Positions 1 through 9,493 of a stretch of DNA of 64,000 nucleotides are shown in pieces; position 1 is the first letter of the stretch; every line of letters begins with the position of its first letter. The translations under genes and the position numbers were made by a program. The notes beneath the pieces were generated by a model. It did not search any database and had not been told where the DNA came from. It saw nothing but the letters and a program-made list of their open reading frames with translations. Origin of the DNA: Chamaesiphon sp. (GTDB lineage: Bacteria; Cyanobacteriota; Cyanobacteriia; Cyanobacteriales; Chamaesiphonaceae). Location: positions 142,684 through 206,683 of the forward strand of contig CBDFFH010000047.1 in NCBI GenBank assembly GCA_965246715.1, written 5' to 3'.

Positions 1-1081
1 CGATCGACTTTTCGCTCCACTCAAAGTTGGCAGTCTCGAACTTCCCAATCGCATTGTGATGGCTCCGCTGACGCGGGGACGTGCTGGCTCGGAACGCACG
101 CCCAATGACCTGATGGTCGAATATTATGCACAGCGCGCCGATGCTGGACTGATTATTACTGAAGCTACAGATATTTCGCCACAGGGTGCTGGCTGGGTGG
201 ATGCACCAGGGATCCACACCGATGCCCAGGTTAAAGGTTGGCAAAAAGTGACAGCAGCCGTACATCGTAACGGCGGTCGGATCTTCCTGCAACTATGGCA
301 TATGGGACGCGCTTCACATCCCGATTTTCAGCCTGGAGGCGCGCTGCCTGTATCATCTTCGGCGATCGCGATCGAAGGTTTTGCCCATACACCCCTGGGT
401 AAAAAGCCTTATGTGACTCCACGCGCGCTCGAAACCGATGAAATCCCCGGAGTTATCCAACAGTACGTCGATGCGACGAAGCGCGCGCGCGATGCGGGTT
501 TCGATGGCGTGGAAATCCACGCCGCCAATGGCTACCTAATCGACCAATTTATCCGCGATCGTGTCAATCATCGCACTGATGCCTATGGTGGGAGCATCCC
601 AAATCGCCTGCGGTTGTTGGATGAAGTTACGGCTGCGGTGGTAAATGCCTGGAGTGGGGATAAAGTCGGAGTTAGACTTTCACCGATGGGGCCATTTAAT
701 GATATGAGCGATAGCGATCCGCTCGCCACGTTTAGTTATGCAGCAGAATTATTAAATGCGTTCGATTTGGCTTATTTACACGTCCTTGAAGCTCTACCAG
801 GGCATATGTTAGCGGCTGAAGGCGTGCGCTGCTCGTCGGATATGCGATCGATCTTTAATGGTGTATTTATGGTCAATGGTGGCTACACAGCCGAACTCGG
901 TGCAGCCGCGATCGCGGATGGGGAGGCAGATTTGGTCGCTTTTGGAGTGCCATTTATTGCCAATCCGGATTTAGTCAAACGGTTCAAAACTGGTGCAGAG
1001 TTGAATCCGCCAGATCCTAGTACGTTTTATACTTCGGGTGCAAAAGGCTACACCGACTATCTTGCGATCGCAACTGTATAA
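1..1081 (+). CDS. Old Yellow Enzyme family NADH:flavin oxidoreductase (N-ethylmaleimide reductase-like), 5' end outside the window
   Basis: Frame is open from base 2 (DRLFAPLKVGSLELPNRIVMAPLTR); GFDGVEIHAANGYL and FGVPFIANPDLV motifs. Confidence 0.92.
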   Translation, partial: DRLFAPLKVGSLELPNRIVMAPLTRGRAGSERTPNDLMVEYYAQRADAGLIITEATDISPQGAGWVDAPGIHTDAQVKGWQKVTAAVHRNGGRIFLQLWHMGRASHPDFQPGGALPVSSSAIAIEGFAHTPLGKKPYVTPRALETDEIPGVIQQYVDATKRARDAGFDGVEIHAANGYLIDQFIRDRVNHRTDAYGGSIPNRLRLLDEVTAAVVNAWSGDKVGVRLSPMGPFNDMSDSDPLATFSYAAELLNAFDLAYLHVLEALPGHMLAAEGVRCSSDMRSIFNGVFMVNGGYTAELGAAAIADGEADLVAFGVPFIANPDLVKRFKTGAELNPPDPSTFYTSGAKGYTDYLAIATV

Positions 1082-1210
1082 ACATGAGGTCGATCGGCGG
1101 GGAACGCGAATAGGCTTCATTTTGAAATCACCTCAAACCCTCTAAAAAACTTGGTTTGGGGGGAATTTACCATTGCCTATGCCTAAACCGCATTCAACGA
1201 CAATATCTTA

Positions 1211-1434
1211 GCGTCAATCCGGGTTAAGGATATTGGCTCCGCTCGGGCATCGCCTTCGATTGTGTCTTGAAAAGGTGCTCTACTTGGGGAAACCCCAAGA
1301 CCGCACTTTCCGCAAATCGAGGCTAGTGGCATAAAGTCCGCCTTCGCGGACTATATATCTTAGTCCGCGAAGGCGGACTTTGCATCATGAGCCGAGACTT
1401 CAGTCTCTAGGCTCCTCTCAACCCGAACTGACGT
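1211..1434. mobile_element. MITE (ACGTCAGTTCGGGTTAAG-type ends) with REP-like hairpin doublet and a 51-bp nested insert at 1263-1313
   Basis: Ends GCGTCAATCCGGGTTAAGG / CTCAACCCGAACTGACGT; core AAAGTCCGCCTTCGCGGACTA..TAGTCCGCGAAGGCGGACTTT; homologous to copies at 22765 and 31357. Confidence 0.8.
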
Positions 1435-2096
1435 TAATCGACGTATTCCACCACATCTCGAGTTTCAAAGCGGATTTTTGGTCGGGCGGCACTTTTATCG
1501 TCCGCAGCCCGATAGCCAGCCGCACAGACAACTACTGAAGCGTAATCCGTCAATCCCAGTGCTTCATCATACTTGGCAGGGATGAATCCCTCGATCGGGC
1601 AGGTATCCACTTCCAACATCGCTGCTGTGGTCATAAACTGTCCCAAGGCAATATAAACTTGGCGAGTAGACCACACATCGATCTCTACTTGAGATGGCAT
1701 CTTGTCGATAGCACCGTTGACAACATTCTTAAAGCCCTGTAGTGACTCTACTGGTATCTGTTGCACTTCGGCCATCCGCGCCACATAGCGATCGACATAT
1801 GCTGCATCCAGATTTTTCTTAACGGCAAAGACCACTAGTTGCGATGCTTCAGCGACTTGTTTTTGTCCCCAAGAATGCTCGACGAGTTGCTGACGCAGAT
1901 CGGGATTGCGAATAATGAAGAATTTCCACGGTTGCAAGCCAAAGGAAGATGGTGCTAGCACCATGCTTTGTTCTAAGGCTTGCCAAGTCTCACCAGGAAT
2001 CTGCTTAGTCGAATCGAATTTCTTTGTAGCATACCGCCAGTTGAGTTGTTCTAGTACCGATTGCGGAGTCGCGAGCATATTAGTAGTTGTTGGCAT
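1434..2096 (-). CDS. Nitroreductase family NAD(P)H-dependent oxidoreductase (NfsB-like)
   Basis: LNWRYATKKFD, APSSFGLQPWKF, DTCPIEGF motifs; start placed at ATG 2096 (track start 2135). Confidence 0.9.
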   Translation of the reverse strand: MPTTTNMLATPQSVLEQLNWRYATKKFDSTKQIPGETWQALEQSMVLAPSSFGLQPWKFFIIRNPDLRQQLVEHSWGQKQVAEASQLVVFAVKKNLDAAYVDRYVARMAEVQQIPVESLQGFKNVVNGAIDKMPSQVEIDVWSTRQVYIALGQFMTTAAMLEVDTCPIEGFIPAKYDEALGLTDYASVVVCAAGYRAADDKSAARPKIRFETRDVVEYVD

Positions 2097-2202
2097 CAAA
2101 TTAATCCTGTGTAGTTGTGGATACCCCTCGCCCAACCCTTTCCTTCCAATATTTAGTTGGCATTGCGGCTGAGATTGAGGCGAGGGAGAAAGATTGCTAA
2201 AT

Positions 2203-2538
2203 TTATGTTCTAGCTGGTAACTGCTTTTCGATCGCAGTTACTAAAGTTTGCTTGGGCACCGCACCCAACACTGTATCGACTCGTTCGCCATGATTAAATA
2301 CCATTAGCGTTGGAATGCTGCGAATACCATATTTTCCAGCAGTAGTAGGGTTATCGTCTGTGTTTAATTTAACGACCTTTACCTCGCCAGCATACTCTGC
2401 GGCTAGGGCATCGACAACCGGAGTTACCATCCGACAAGGGCCGCACCAAGGTGCCCAAAAGTCTACAAGTACTGGGACATCGCTACTGAGGACTTCGGCT
2501 GTAAAGTTGGCATCGTTGACATGAATGATGTCTACCAT
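2203..2538 (-). CDS. trxA: Thioredoxin (second, TrxA2-like copy)
   Basis: [13 protein letters not shown] active site; divergent from an ArsR gene. Confidence 0.93.
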   Translation of the reverse strand: MVDIIHVNDANFTAEVLSSDVPVLVDFWAPWCGPCRMVTPVVDALAAEYAGEVKVVKLNTDDNPTTAGKYGIRSIPTLMVFNHGERVDTVLGAVPKQTLVTAIEKQLPART

Positions 2539-2562
2539 GAGTTAAACCGCCTATTTATTTCT

Positions 2563-2603
2563 AAAATTCGATTATCTCGAATAATAGAATTATATCGAAT
2601 TTT
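2563..2603. promoter_or_regulatory. Putative ArsR/RexT-type operator between divergent trxA and regulator
   Basis: ATTCGA-N5-TCGAAT (2566-2582), a second imperfect copy (2584-2600), and outer inverted repeat AAAATTCGAT..ATCGAATTTT. Confidence 0.6.
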
Positions 2604-2619
2604 ATGGGATAATGCAAGT

Positions 2620-2952
2620 ATGCGATTAATTCAACATCCCAACCCCGAACAAATCTCGCTCTCAGATGTACTGTATGCATTGGGCGACCCCGTGCGACTA
2701 GAGATAGTCCGCCGACTGGCGATCGATGGCGAACGGCCCTGTGCTTGTCTGTGTGCGGGGGTAGACGCGAAAATTGCCAAGTCTACCATGTCTCACCACT
2801 TTCGGATTCTCCGCGCTGCTGGGGTAATTTTCACCCGCAAGGATGGAACTCAATTGCTCAATTCATTGCGGCGGGACGATTTAGAGCGGCTATTTCCAGG
2901 GTTATTAGATATTGTGGTAAATGCCACAGCTGCTGACGCTCCCGCTGGCTAG
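2620..2952 (+). CDS. ArsR/SmtB family regulator, RexT-like
   Basis: LYALGDPVRLEIV, KSTMSHHFRILRAAG, LRRDDLERLFPGLL; start at ATG 2620; divergent from trxA. Confidence 0.85.
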   Translation: MRLIQHPNPEQISLSDVLYALGDPVRLEIVRRLAIDGERPCACLCAGVDAKIAKSTMSHHFRILRAAGVIFTRKDGTQLLNSLRRDDLERLFPGLLDIVVNATAADAPAG

Positions 2953-2988
2953 CCAAGGAACGAGTTATTAGCGCGAGTCTTGGGTAAT

Positions 2989-4359
2989 TTATTTGCCAAT
3001 ACAAAAGCGACTGAAGATCCGATCGAGTACCGACTCGGTGACCTCTTCTCCTGTCACTTCCCCCAATGCCCGAATCGCGTCGCGTAGGTCGATCGTCCAG
3101 AAGTCGAGTGGCAATCGATCGCGTATGGTGGTTAGCACCTGTTGTAGGGCAGTTTGGGCGTGGATAAGTGCCGCCGCTTGACGTTGATTGATGGCGATAT
3201 CGATATTCGCCGCATGAAGTTTTCCGTCAGAGATCGATGCTAGGATCGCTGCTTCTAATCGATCGATCCCTAAATCGATGGCTGCGGCAGTTTCGACTAC
3301 CGTACCAATCCCTGCTGGTAAATCTAGCTGGGGGGAGACGGTGACTAAATCGACTTTATTAACTACTACGATCGTCGGAATCGAACTAATTTCGGCATAA
3401 ATTTCCGCCTCAGCAGTCGTCCAACCGATTTGAGCGTCGATCGTCAGCAAGATTAAATCGGCAGATTGCGCCGCCGCACGGGAACGCGCGACCCCGATTT
3501 GTTCCACCACATCACTGGTATCGCGAATTCCCGCTGTATCCAAAACCTGGATCGGAACTCCACCAACGATCAACTGTGATTCGACGACATCCCGCGTCGT
3601 CCCTGGCAGATCCGTCACGATCGCCCGATCGCTCCGACTCCATGCATTCAGCAAGCTCGACTTCCCAACATTTGGCTGTCCGAGAATTGCCACCTTGAGA
3701 CCGCTGCGCAGTAGCTCCCCCCGATCGGCTGTCGCCACAATCTGCCCGATTTGCCCTGCCAATGCCGTGATTTTTACGGTGACATCCCCTAGATCCAATG
3801 GTGGTAAATCCTCCTCAAAATCGATTCTCGCCTCGATCTCGGCGAGTAAATCTAAAGCTTGCGATCGCAATTGCCCGATCGGTTGGCGCAATTTACCTTG
3901 CAATCCCGCGATCGCCGTTTGGGCGGCGGCTGGAGATAGCGCACCAACTAGATCGCTGATACTTTCGGCCTGAGTCAGATCGATCCGTCCATTCAAAAAT
4001 GCCCGGAGTGTAAATTCTCCAGGTTCGGCAACTTTTGCGCCGCACTCAACACATAGCTGAAGGATCTGTTGGACGAGGATAATCCCCCCGTGGCTGTGAA
4101 TCTCGACCACATCCTCCCGGGTATACGAACGCGGCGATCGCATGATCAGTAACAATGCTTCATCGATCGTCGCATCTGTATGGGGATGCCGCACGTACCC
4201 GTATAAAATTCGATGACTTTCCCACTCTTGCTTGCCAGGAGTCCGAAAAATCTGCCGGGCGATCGCGACTGCATCCACCCCCGATAGCCGTACGATCCCT
4301 ACGCTTCCTTGCTGAGGGACAACAGCCGTCGCGATCGCTACAATAGTTCCAGTTTGCAT
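2989..4359 (-). CDS. mnmE: tRNA modification GTPase MnmE
   Basis: [24 protein letters not shown]-terminal FSRFCIGK. Confidence 0.98.
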   Translation of the reverse strand: MQTGTIVAIATAVVPQQGSVGIVRLSGVDAVAIARQIFRTPGKQEWESHRILYGYVRHPHTDATIDEALLLIMRSPRSYTREDVVEIHSHGGIILVQQILQLCVECGAKVAEPGEFTLRAFLNGRIDLTQAESISDLVGALSPAAAQTAIAGLQGKLRQPIGQLRSQALDLLAEIEARIDFEEDLPPLDLGDVTVKITALAGQIGQIVATADRGELLRSGLKVAILGQPNVGKSSLLNAWSRSDRAIVTDLPGTTRDVVESQLIVGGVPIQVLDTAGIRDTSDVVEQIGVARSRAAAQSADLILLTIDAQIGWTTAEAEIYAEISSIPTIVVVNKVDLVTVSPQLDLPAGIGTVVETAAAIDLGIDRLEAAILASISDGKLHAANIDIAINQRQAAALIHAQTALQQVLTTIRDRLPLDFWTIDLRDAIRALGEVTGEEVTESVLDRIFSRFCIGK

Positions 4360-4370
4360 TAGTTCGTGGA

Positions 4371-4400
4371 TAGTGACTAGTGACTAGTGACCAGTGACCA
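4371..4400. repeat. Heptamer short tandem repeats (STRR-like); similar tracts at about 4631-4700, 9324-9350, 9448-9486 and 43706-43730
   Basis: TAGTGAC TAGTGAC TAGTGAC CAGTGAC. Confidence 0.7.
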
Positions 4401-4473
4401 ATAAACAGTAAAAATTATCGAGTGTTGAGAAAATATGATGGATCGCCATCATCAGCCAACTCACTCTTAATTA

Positions 4474-4625
4474 ACCTAAGTTGCTACCTATAACCAAAGC
4501 GGTTAGAAACCGCTCCTCGGGTTGCAAAGTCCGCCTTCGCGGACTAATAAACCAGTCCGCGAAGGCGGACTTTGCATTATTAGCCACGATTTCAATCGTA
4601 GGCGCTCCTAAGTAGCAACTTGGGT
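4474..4625. mobile_element. MITE with ACC(T/C)AAGTTGCTAC ends carrying the same REP-like doublet core
   Basis: Terminal IR ACCTAAGTTGCTAC / GTAGCAACTTGGGT, TAATTA on both flanks, core GCAAAGTCCGCCTTCGCGGACT..AGTCCGCGAAGGCGGACTTTGC. Confidence 0.75.
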
Positions 4626-4734
4626 TAATTACTAGTGACCAGCCACTAGTCACTAGTAACTAATATACTATCCACTAAAAGACTATCCACTATCCACTAA
4701 AATACTAAGCAAACAATGCGTCTAGAGGTAACTG

Positions 4735-6321
4735 ATGGAATATTGGGAGTTTCTAATTCAGCGTGAGGGCGATCGTGGCTGGCGCTCGATTAAAACAGGT
4801 AATTTGCAACTGATGGAAGGTAATTACCGCATCGTTGCCAATAGTAACCTCCTCAACGCACCCGTACAGCTGCGCATCACTCACCAATTATTGGGTGCAA
4901 CGCTACCACAACGCCGATCGCTGGTACGCGATCGGGTAAGCAATGCAAAGGGTACGCTCTTGATTATCCCTTATACCCAATTGCATTCCGGCATTTGGCA
5001 ATTTGTATGCACTGGCACCACTACGGCCCAGACGACATGGCATAAAGTTCTCAAACTCAGAGTTTTACCGCGTTCGCCGCTCGATCGACAGCCTGGTTCG
5101 ACTCGTACCGCTTCAGCTTCAGAACCAGATCTTGCCGTGTCGTCGATCGAGAGTCCCGATCTTACTCATGCCGCTCCAGTAAAAGTTGTGACGTTCTCTA
5201 GCGTTGAAGAGATCGAAGCTGTGCCGACACCGACGCAGCCAGTAGTTGCTGGTGCCATAGACGAAGTGCCGGAAACTTGGGCGGAGGGATTAGAGCGATT
5301 GTTAGCGCAAATCGAGCGCGAATCATTACAGCCGCAACAACAACTTGTCACGAGTGCTAGATCTGGGGTTGGCGAAGCCACTGTGGTAGCGGCGGCTAAG
5401 AAAACAACTACTTGGGATGACGATCCCATTCAGCTCATGGAAATCGATCCACCACCTTCACAACCGATCGAATTAGATCGTACGATCTTTGCTGGCACGC
5501 TTCTCGGCGATCGGTTGGCGATTAGTGGTGCTTGCAATTTACAATTACTCAGTCCCAATCTCGCCCGCGCAGTCAAGATCGATCGATTGTCGATCTGTTT
5601 GCGCCATCCCCAAACTTCCGAACAGATCGTGGCGATCGAACGCGCTTTACCAGCAGATCTGAGCGCTTTTACCTTTAGCGGTCGAGTAGATTTACCGAGC
5701 GAGCTAGGAATTACCCTCTTACGTGGCGAAGTCAATCTTTACGATCGGCATAATATTCAACTGGGATCGAGGAGCTTTACTGTTACAGTCGATCTCAATC
5801 CGATCGCGGAGTCAGATCGCTCTCTATTATCCTTGTTCGATACGTCACCGATTACCGGAGCGGCGCATTCTAGAAGTTTTCCCGAAAATCTGCGCGCTCG
5901 ACTCGATCGCGAGTTGCAAATGGAAACATTTACGCCCCAAGGAGCGGGTACAGATCTTCGCGAGTCCCATACTAATCCGCCAACTCACATTCCACCCTTA
6001 ACTCCCAGCCAATATCCTGCTGTGCCGCTGGCATACAAGCGGGAACCGAGCTTTAAACCACAACCGGAAATCGTTGCTGATGGTGATAAAGCTGGTGTGT
6101 CAAGGCAACCGCTAAGCGTTGGCGAAGCCTTGCCTGTGGCATTACGAACCGAAAATAGCCGAAATCCAGCTACTTCAAGACCTGCCGAGCTTCAGAATGC
6201 CAATCGTCCGGTAGTCGCTGATGTAACTGGCGATCTGGAGATCGGTTTTGTCCAGCCTACCGTCGATGGTTCCGATCGTGTGCAAGATTACGATACTTGG
6301 GAAATCGTCATCGATGATTAG
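4735..6321 (+). CDS. Hypothetical protein (cyanobacterial-type MEYWEFLIQREGDRGW N-terminus)
   Basis: 528-aa ORF with GAGG RBS; function not recognised. Confidence 0.8.
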   Translation: MEYWEFLIQREGDRGWRSIKTGNLQLMEGNYRIVANSNLLNAPVQLRITHQLLGATLPQRRSLVRDRVSNAKGTLLIIPYTQLHSGIWQFVCTGTTTAQTTWHKVLKLRVLPRSPLDRQPGSTRTASASEPDLAVSSIESPDLTHAAPVKVVTFSSVEEIEAVPTPTQPVVAGAIDEVPETWAEGLERLLAQIERESLQPQQQLVTSARSGVGEATVVAAAKKTTTWDDDPIQLMEIDPPPSQPIELDRTIFAGTLLGDRLAISGACNLQLLSPNLARAVKIDRLSICLRHPQTSEQIVAIERALPADLSAFTFSGRVDLPSELGITLLRGEVNLYDRHNIQLGSRSFTVTVDLNPIAESDRSLLSLFDTSPITGAAHSRSFPENLRARLDRELQMETFTPQGAGTDLRESHTNPPTHIPPLTPSQYPAVPLAYKREPSFKPQPEIVADGDKAGVSRQPLSVGEALPVALRTENSRNPATSRPAELQNANRPVVADVTGDLEIGFVQPTVDGSDRVQDYDTWEIVIDD

Positions 6322-6355
6322 CTATTCCCAGCCAGCTTCTTTTCGACACTGCTGT

Positions 6356-6501
6356 GGGGTTGGAAACCCCCGCTAGCGATCCAAAGTCCGCCTATGCGGA
6401 CTGATTATTTAGTCCGCGTAGGCGGACTTTGTACTACTAGCACCGATTTCAATCGAGTGCGGTGCTAGAGCGGAGCCAATAGCCTTAACCCGAACTCACG
6501 C
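6356..6501. mobile_element. Partial MITE copy (REP-like doublet plus one terminal IR)
   Basis: CAAAGTCCGCCTATGCGGACT..AGTCCGCGTAGGCGGACTTTG then CCTTAACCCGAACTCACGC; left IR not seen. Confidence 0.7.
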
Positions 6502-6607
6502 TAGCTTAAGTTTTATAAATTTTTATCAAATTTTTGTGAGCCTTTTTAGCTGACTAATTCAGGTAAAATCGGGAGTACGATCCAAATATACATAAGGATT
6601 TTTAATC

Positions 6608-6715
6608 ATGGCAGCTTCTTTCTTACCTTCCATTCTCGTCCCTACTGTTGGCTTAGTATTTCCAGCGGTAGCGATGGCATTTTTATTCTTGTATATCGAA
6701 CGCGATGCGATCTAG
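6608..6715 (+). CDS. psaI: Photosystem I subunit VIII
   Basis: Manual translation [43 protein letters not shown]. Confidence 0.95.
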   Translation: MAASFLPSILVPTVGLVFPAVAMAFLFLYIERDAI

Positions 6716-6793
6716 TAATTTAGGTTACTGCTCATTGCTGACGTAATAATTACCGAAATCGGGAATCGCCAGCGCGAGTACCGATTTCCTAGC

Positions 6794-6825
6794 AAAAAGC
6801 CGGACGTGCGAACGTCCGGCTTTTT
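6794..6825. terminator. Bidirectional rho-independent terminator between psaI and psbJ
   Basis: AAAAAGCCGGACGT-GCGA-ACGTCCGGCTTTTT. Confidence 0.85.
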
Positions 6826-6877
6826 ATTCGATCGGCGGTAATAGGTCGCTGAATGCTGTCTGTTCCCGCCATCTCAA

Positions 6878-6997
6878 TTACATCGAAGAGCCAATTCCGG
6901 CATAAGAGCCATAGAAGAATAAGCTAATAACGACGATTACACCCATACCAGCAACAGTTGCTACCAGCCACAAGGGAATTCTTCCTGGTTCAGACAC
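6878..6997 (-). CDS. psbJ: Photosystem II protein J
   Basis: Manual translation, GTG start: [48 protein letters not shown]. Confidence 0.95.
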   Translation of the reverse strand: MSEPGRIPLWLVATVAGMGVIVVISLFFYGSYAGIGSSM

Positions 6998-7044
6998 GAT
7001 CTTTTCCTCCTTAAATATCCCAACAATAGCGCAAATCGATCGAA

Positions 7045-7164
7045 TTAGTTAAAGAAATAACTAGTAAACAAAATTCCAGTAGTAAATACTAGTAACAGCC
7101 CTAAAAATAGCGAACCCCGGTTGAGTTCTACAGGCTGATTATTTGGATTTGGAGTGCGTTCCAT
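7045..7164 (-). CDS. psbL: Photosystem II protein L
   Basis: Manual translation [39 protein letters not shown]. Confidence 0.95.
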   Translation of the reverse strand: MERTPNPNNQPVELNRGSLFLGLLLVFTTGILFTSYFFN

Positions 7165-7180
7165 AGTTTGATTTTAAATC

Positions 7181-7315
7181 CTATCTTTGAATGAATTGCA
7201 TGGCTGCGATCGCGCCAATGAAAAATACAGTTGGTACACCCAAAGTGTGAACTGCCAACCATCTGACTGTGAAAATGGGATATGAAATGGGCTGATTTCC
7301 GCCGCCGCTAGTCAT
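7181..7315 (-). CDS. psbF: Cytochrome b559 beta subunit
   Basis: Manual translation [44 protein letters not shown]. Confidence 0.97.
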   Translation of the reverse strand: MTSGGGNQPISYPIFTVRWLAVHTLGVPTVFFIGAIAAMQFIQR

Positions 7316-7454
7316 GGATTTTGCTCCTAACACTAAAGTTGATTTAAAGTTTATATTTATTTGTGACTGACCGATTGTTAAATTTTGCTAATTAAATAAT
7401 AGCGAAGCAATAACATTAAGCCAGAACTGGCGATAAACTTACCAATAAATATAA

Positions 7455-7709
7455 CTATTTCTTTTGAACAAATTTATCGAGTTGGTCTTTTGATTCAAAG
7501 CGATCGGAGACGATCGGTAGTTCTTGACGAGTCTGGGTAAAGTACTCATCAGGACGAGGTGTACCAAAAGTATCGTAAGCCAAGCCAGTGCTCACAAACA
7601 ACCAGCCAGCGATAAACAATGCTGGAATCGTGAGGCTGTGAATGATCCAGTAGCGAATACTGGTCACAATGTCAGAAAATGGACGTTCTCCGGTTGAGCC
7701 GCCTGCCAT
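7455..7709 (-). CDS. psbE: Cytochrome b559 alpha subunit
   Basis: [30 protein letters not shown]. Confidence 0.98.
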   Translation of the reverse strand: MAGGSTGERPFSDIVTSIRYWIIHSLTIPALFIAGWLFVSTGLAYDTFGTPRPDEYFTQTRQELPIVSDRFESKDQLDKFVQKK

Positions 7710-7826
7710 ATCGATCGCTCCTTAATATTAAATATCCTTACTCGAATCCAGTTTATCTCATTATCTTGAAGAAATGTGATGGGTAGATGAGAGAAATTTT
7801 AGGAATTAGTTACTAGCCACTAATTC

Positions 7827-8828
7827 CTAAGCACTAGCCGCTGGCTGATACTTAAGAATGATCCCCCGCTGACCGATGATAAAACCGCGATCGGGTGCGA
7901 AGAACAAAATCTTGTATAAGTTCGATGGTACAGTTTCGACATTCTCATCCTTGAGCCAGGTTTTACCAGCATCGTTGCTCACGAGTAAATCGCCACTCCC
8001 GCCAGATACCCAAACTTCTCCAGGCGTGCGGTAGGCAAGATCGAGTAAGCCGAGATTAGTTTTTTGGCCGGGGAATACTTCTTCATCCCAAGTGTCAGGT
8101 TTATCGGGACTGCTAAATTGCAGTTGTCCGCCCCGTGCGAGCATCCACAGCCGACCGTCGTTGGCAAAGCCCATACTCGAAACTCGGCGCGAACTGTTCC
8201 GATTGTGTGGTTCCCAGGTATCTTGTCCAGGTGCCCAAGTAGAATAGAAATTACCTTTGGCAGATACCGCGACGTATTTCCCTTCTGGCGATCGCGCGAT
8301 CGTCCGAAAGACACCGACGGCTCCACTGACTAGCGATTTCCAGTTTTTACCAAGATCTTGGGTAGCATAAATTGCCCCGATATCGGTAGTCATTTCCGCA
8401 GAATTTTTACCCAAAGCCACGATCGTTGTTGGGGTGCCAGGTAATTTAGCACTGAGGGCAATCCGTTCCCAAGATTTACCAGCATCATTAGTATGCAGCA
8501 AAATCGAAGGCTCGCCCACGATCCAGCCTTCATCACCTTTAAAACTAATTGAAGTAAAGCGATATTTATCGCTATCTAATTCGAGTTTGCGATTTTCCCA
8601 AGTTTTGCCACCATCGCTAGTTTCCAATAATGCCGCACCACTGCCGATCGCCCAACCATGTCGAGCATCTCCAGTAAAGGTCAGATCTTGGATATTCGAT
8701 TCGGTGGGTAGCTGAATCGGTTGCCAGGGGCTATTAGCTAACGGGGTGATATGGCTACAACTGACACAGAATATCCCGATCGCGACGAGGGTGAAAGTTT
8801 GTCTGAGAATTCGTTTGAGCAGATTCAT
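7827..8828 (-). CDS. ycf48: Photosystem II assembly factor Ycf48/HCF136
   Basis: Beta-propeller T-x-D-G-G-x-T-W repeats, HNRNSSRRV motif, position between rubA and psbE. Confidence 0.95.
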   Translation of the reverse strand: MNLLKRILRQTFTLVAIGIFCVSCSHITPLANSPWQPIQLPTESNIQDLTFTGDARHGWAIGSGAALLETSDGGKTWENRKLELDSDKYRFTSISFKGDEGWIVGEPSILLHTNDAGKSWERIALSAKLPGTPTTIVALGKNSAEMTTDIGAIYATQDLGKNWKSLVSGAVGVFRTIARSPEGKYVAVSAKGNFYSTWAPGQDTWEPHNRNSSRRVSSMGFANDGRLWMLARGGQLQFSSPDKPDTWDEEVFPGQKTNLGLLDLAYRTPGEVWVSGGSGDLLVSNDAGKTWLKDENVETVPSNLYKILFFAPDRGFIIGQRGIILKYQPAASA

Positions 8829-8848
8829 TGGTCGGGATGATATTTAGT

Positions 8849-9244
8849 TTAATTTAATGTATATAAGCTAATCAGTATTAAAGCTCCGATTCCCAGGGAA
8901 CCAAAAATTAATAAGCTTTTTTGTTCGGCAGTCATGGTGTTGACCCCAAATCCATAACCCTGGTTTTCTTTAAACCCAGAAGCCTTGCCCAATGTCCCGA
9001 TATTTGTAAAGGCAACTTTTTTGGCACCACAAGTCGGACATTTCCAGGTAGCAGGTAATACTGTAAAAGGTGTACCAGCAATGATGCCGTTTTTTGGATC
9101 GCCTTTATTGGGGTTATAGACATAACCACATGCGCGACACTCAAATTGGTCGTCATCCGCTATCTCTACCTGGTTTGGCTTTTTATCCTCAGTCGGTGCC
9201 AGATCTGCTGGACTACTGGGACGATCTTGCTCTAGATCGCTCAT
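8849..9244 (-). CDS. rubA: Membrane-anchored rubredoxin
   Basis: CRACGY..WKCPTCG, C-terminal TM helix, upstream of ycf48. Confidence 0.95.
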   Translation of the reverse strand: MSDLEQDRPSSPADLAPTEDKKPNQVEIADDDQFECRACGYVYNPNKGDPKNGIIAGTPFTVLPATWKCPTCGAKKVAFTNIGTLGKASGFKENQGYGFGVNTMTAEQKSLLIFGSLGIGALILISLYTLN

Positions 9245-9401
9245 AATGTGATTTTAATATTGACTGATTATTAACATACTGTTACAAATTTTGGCATATT
9301 ATGTCGAAGTTTGGTACTGGATTTAGTGAATAGTGGACAGTGAATAGTGGCGATCGATTTTTGGTTGACTCCATTTCCAGCACTGCCGCTACTTCAATCC
9401 G

Positions 9402-9425
9402 TTGGCGAAGCCTCTCGGAGCGATA
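9402..9425. repeat. 24-nt small dispersed repeat inserted in CG^ATCG
   Basis: CG-TTGGCGAAGCCTCTCGGAGCGATA-ATCG; relatives at 53721 and 54843. Confidence 0.6.
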
Positions 9426-9493
9426 ATCGCTCTTCTAGGGAGAGCCGACTATCTACTATTCACTGCTCACTGTTCACTGTTCACTGGATTCCC

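Noticed and set aside
9347..9493. N-terminal extension of cax
   Set aside because: Made of heptamer repeats and a small dispersed repeat; CAX-like sequence begins at ATG 9494
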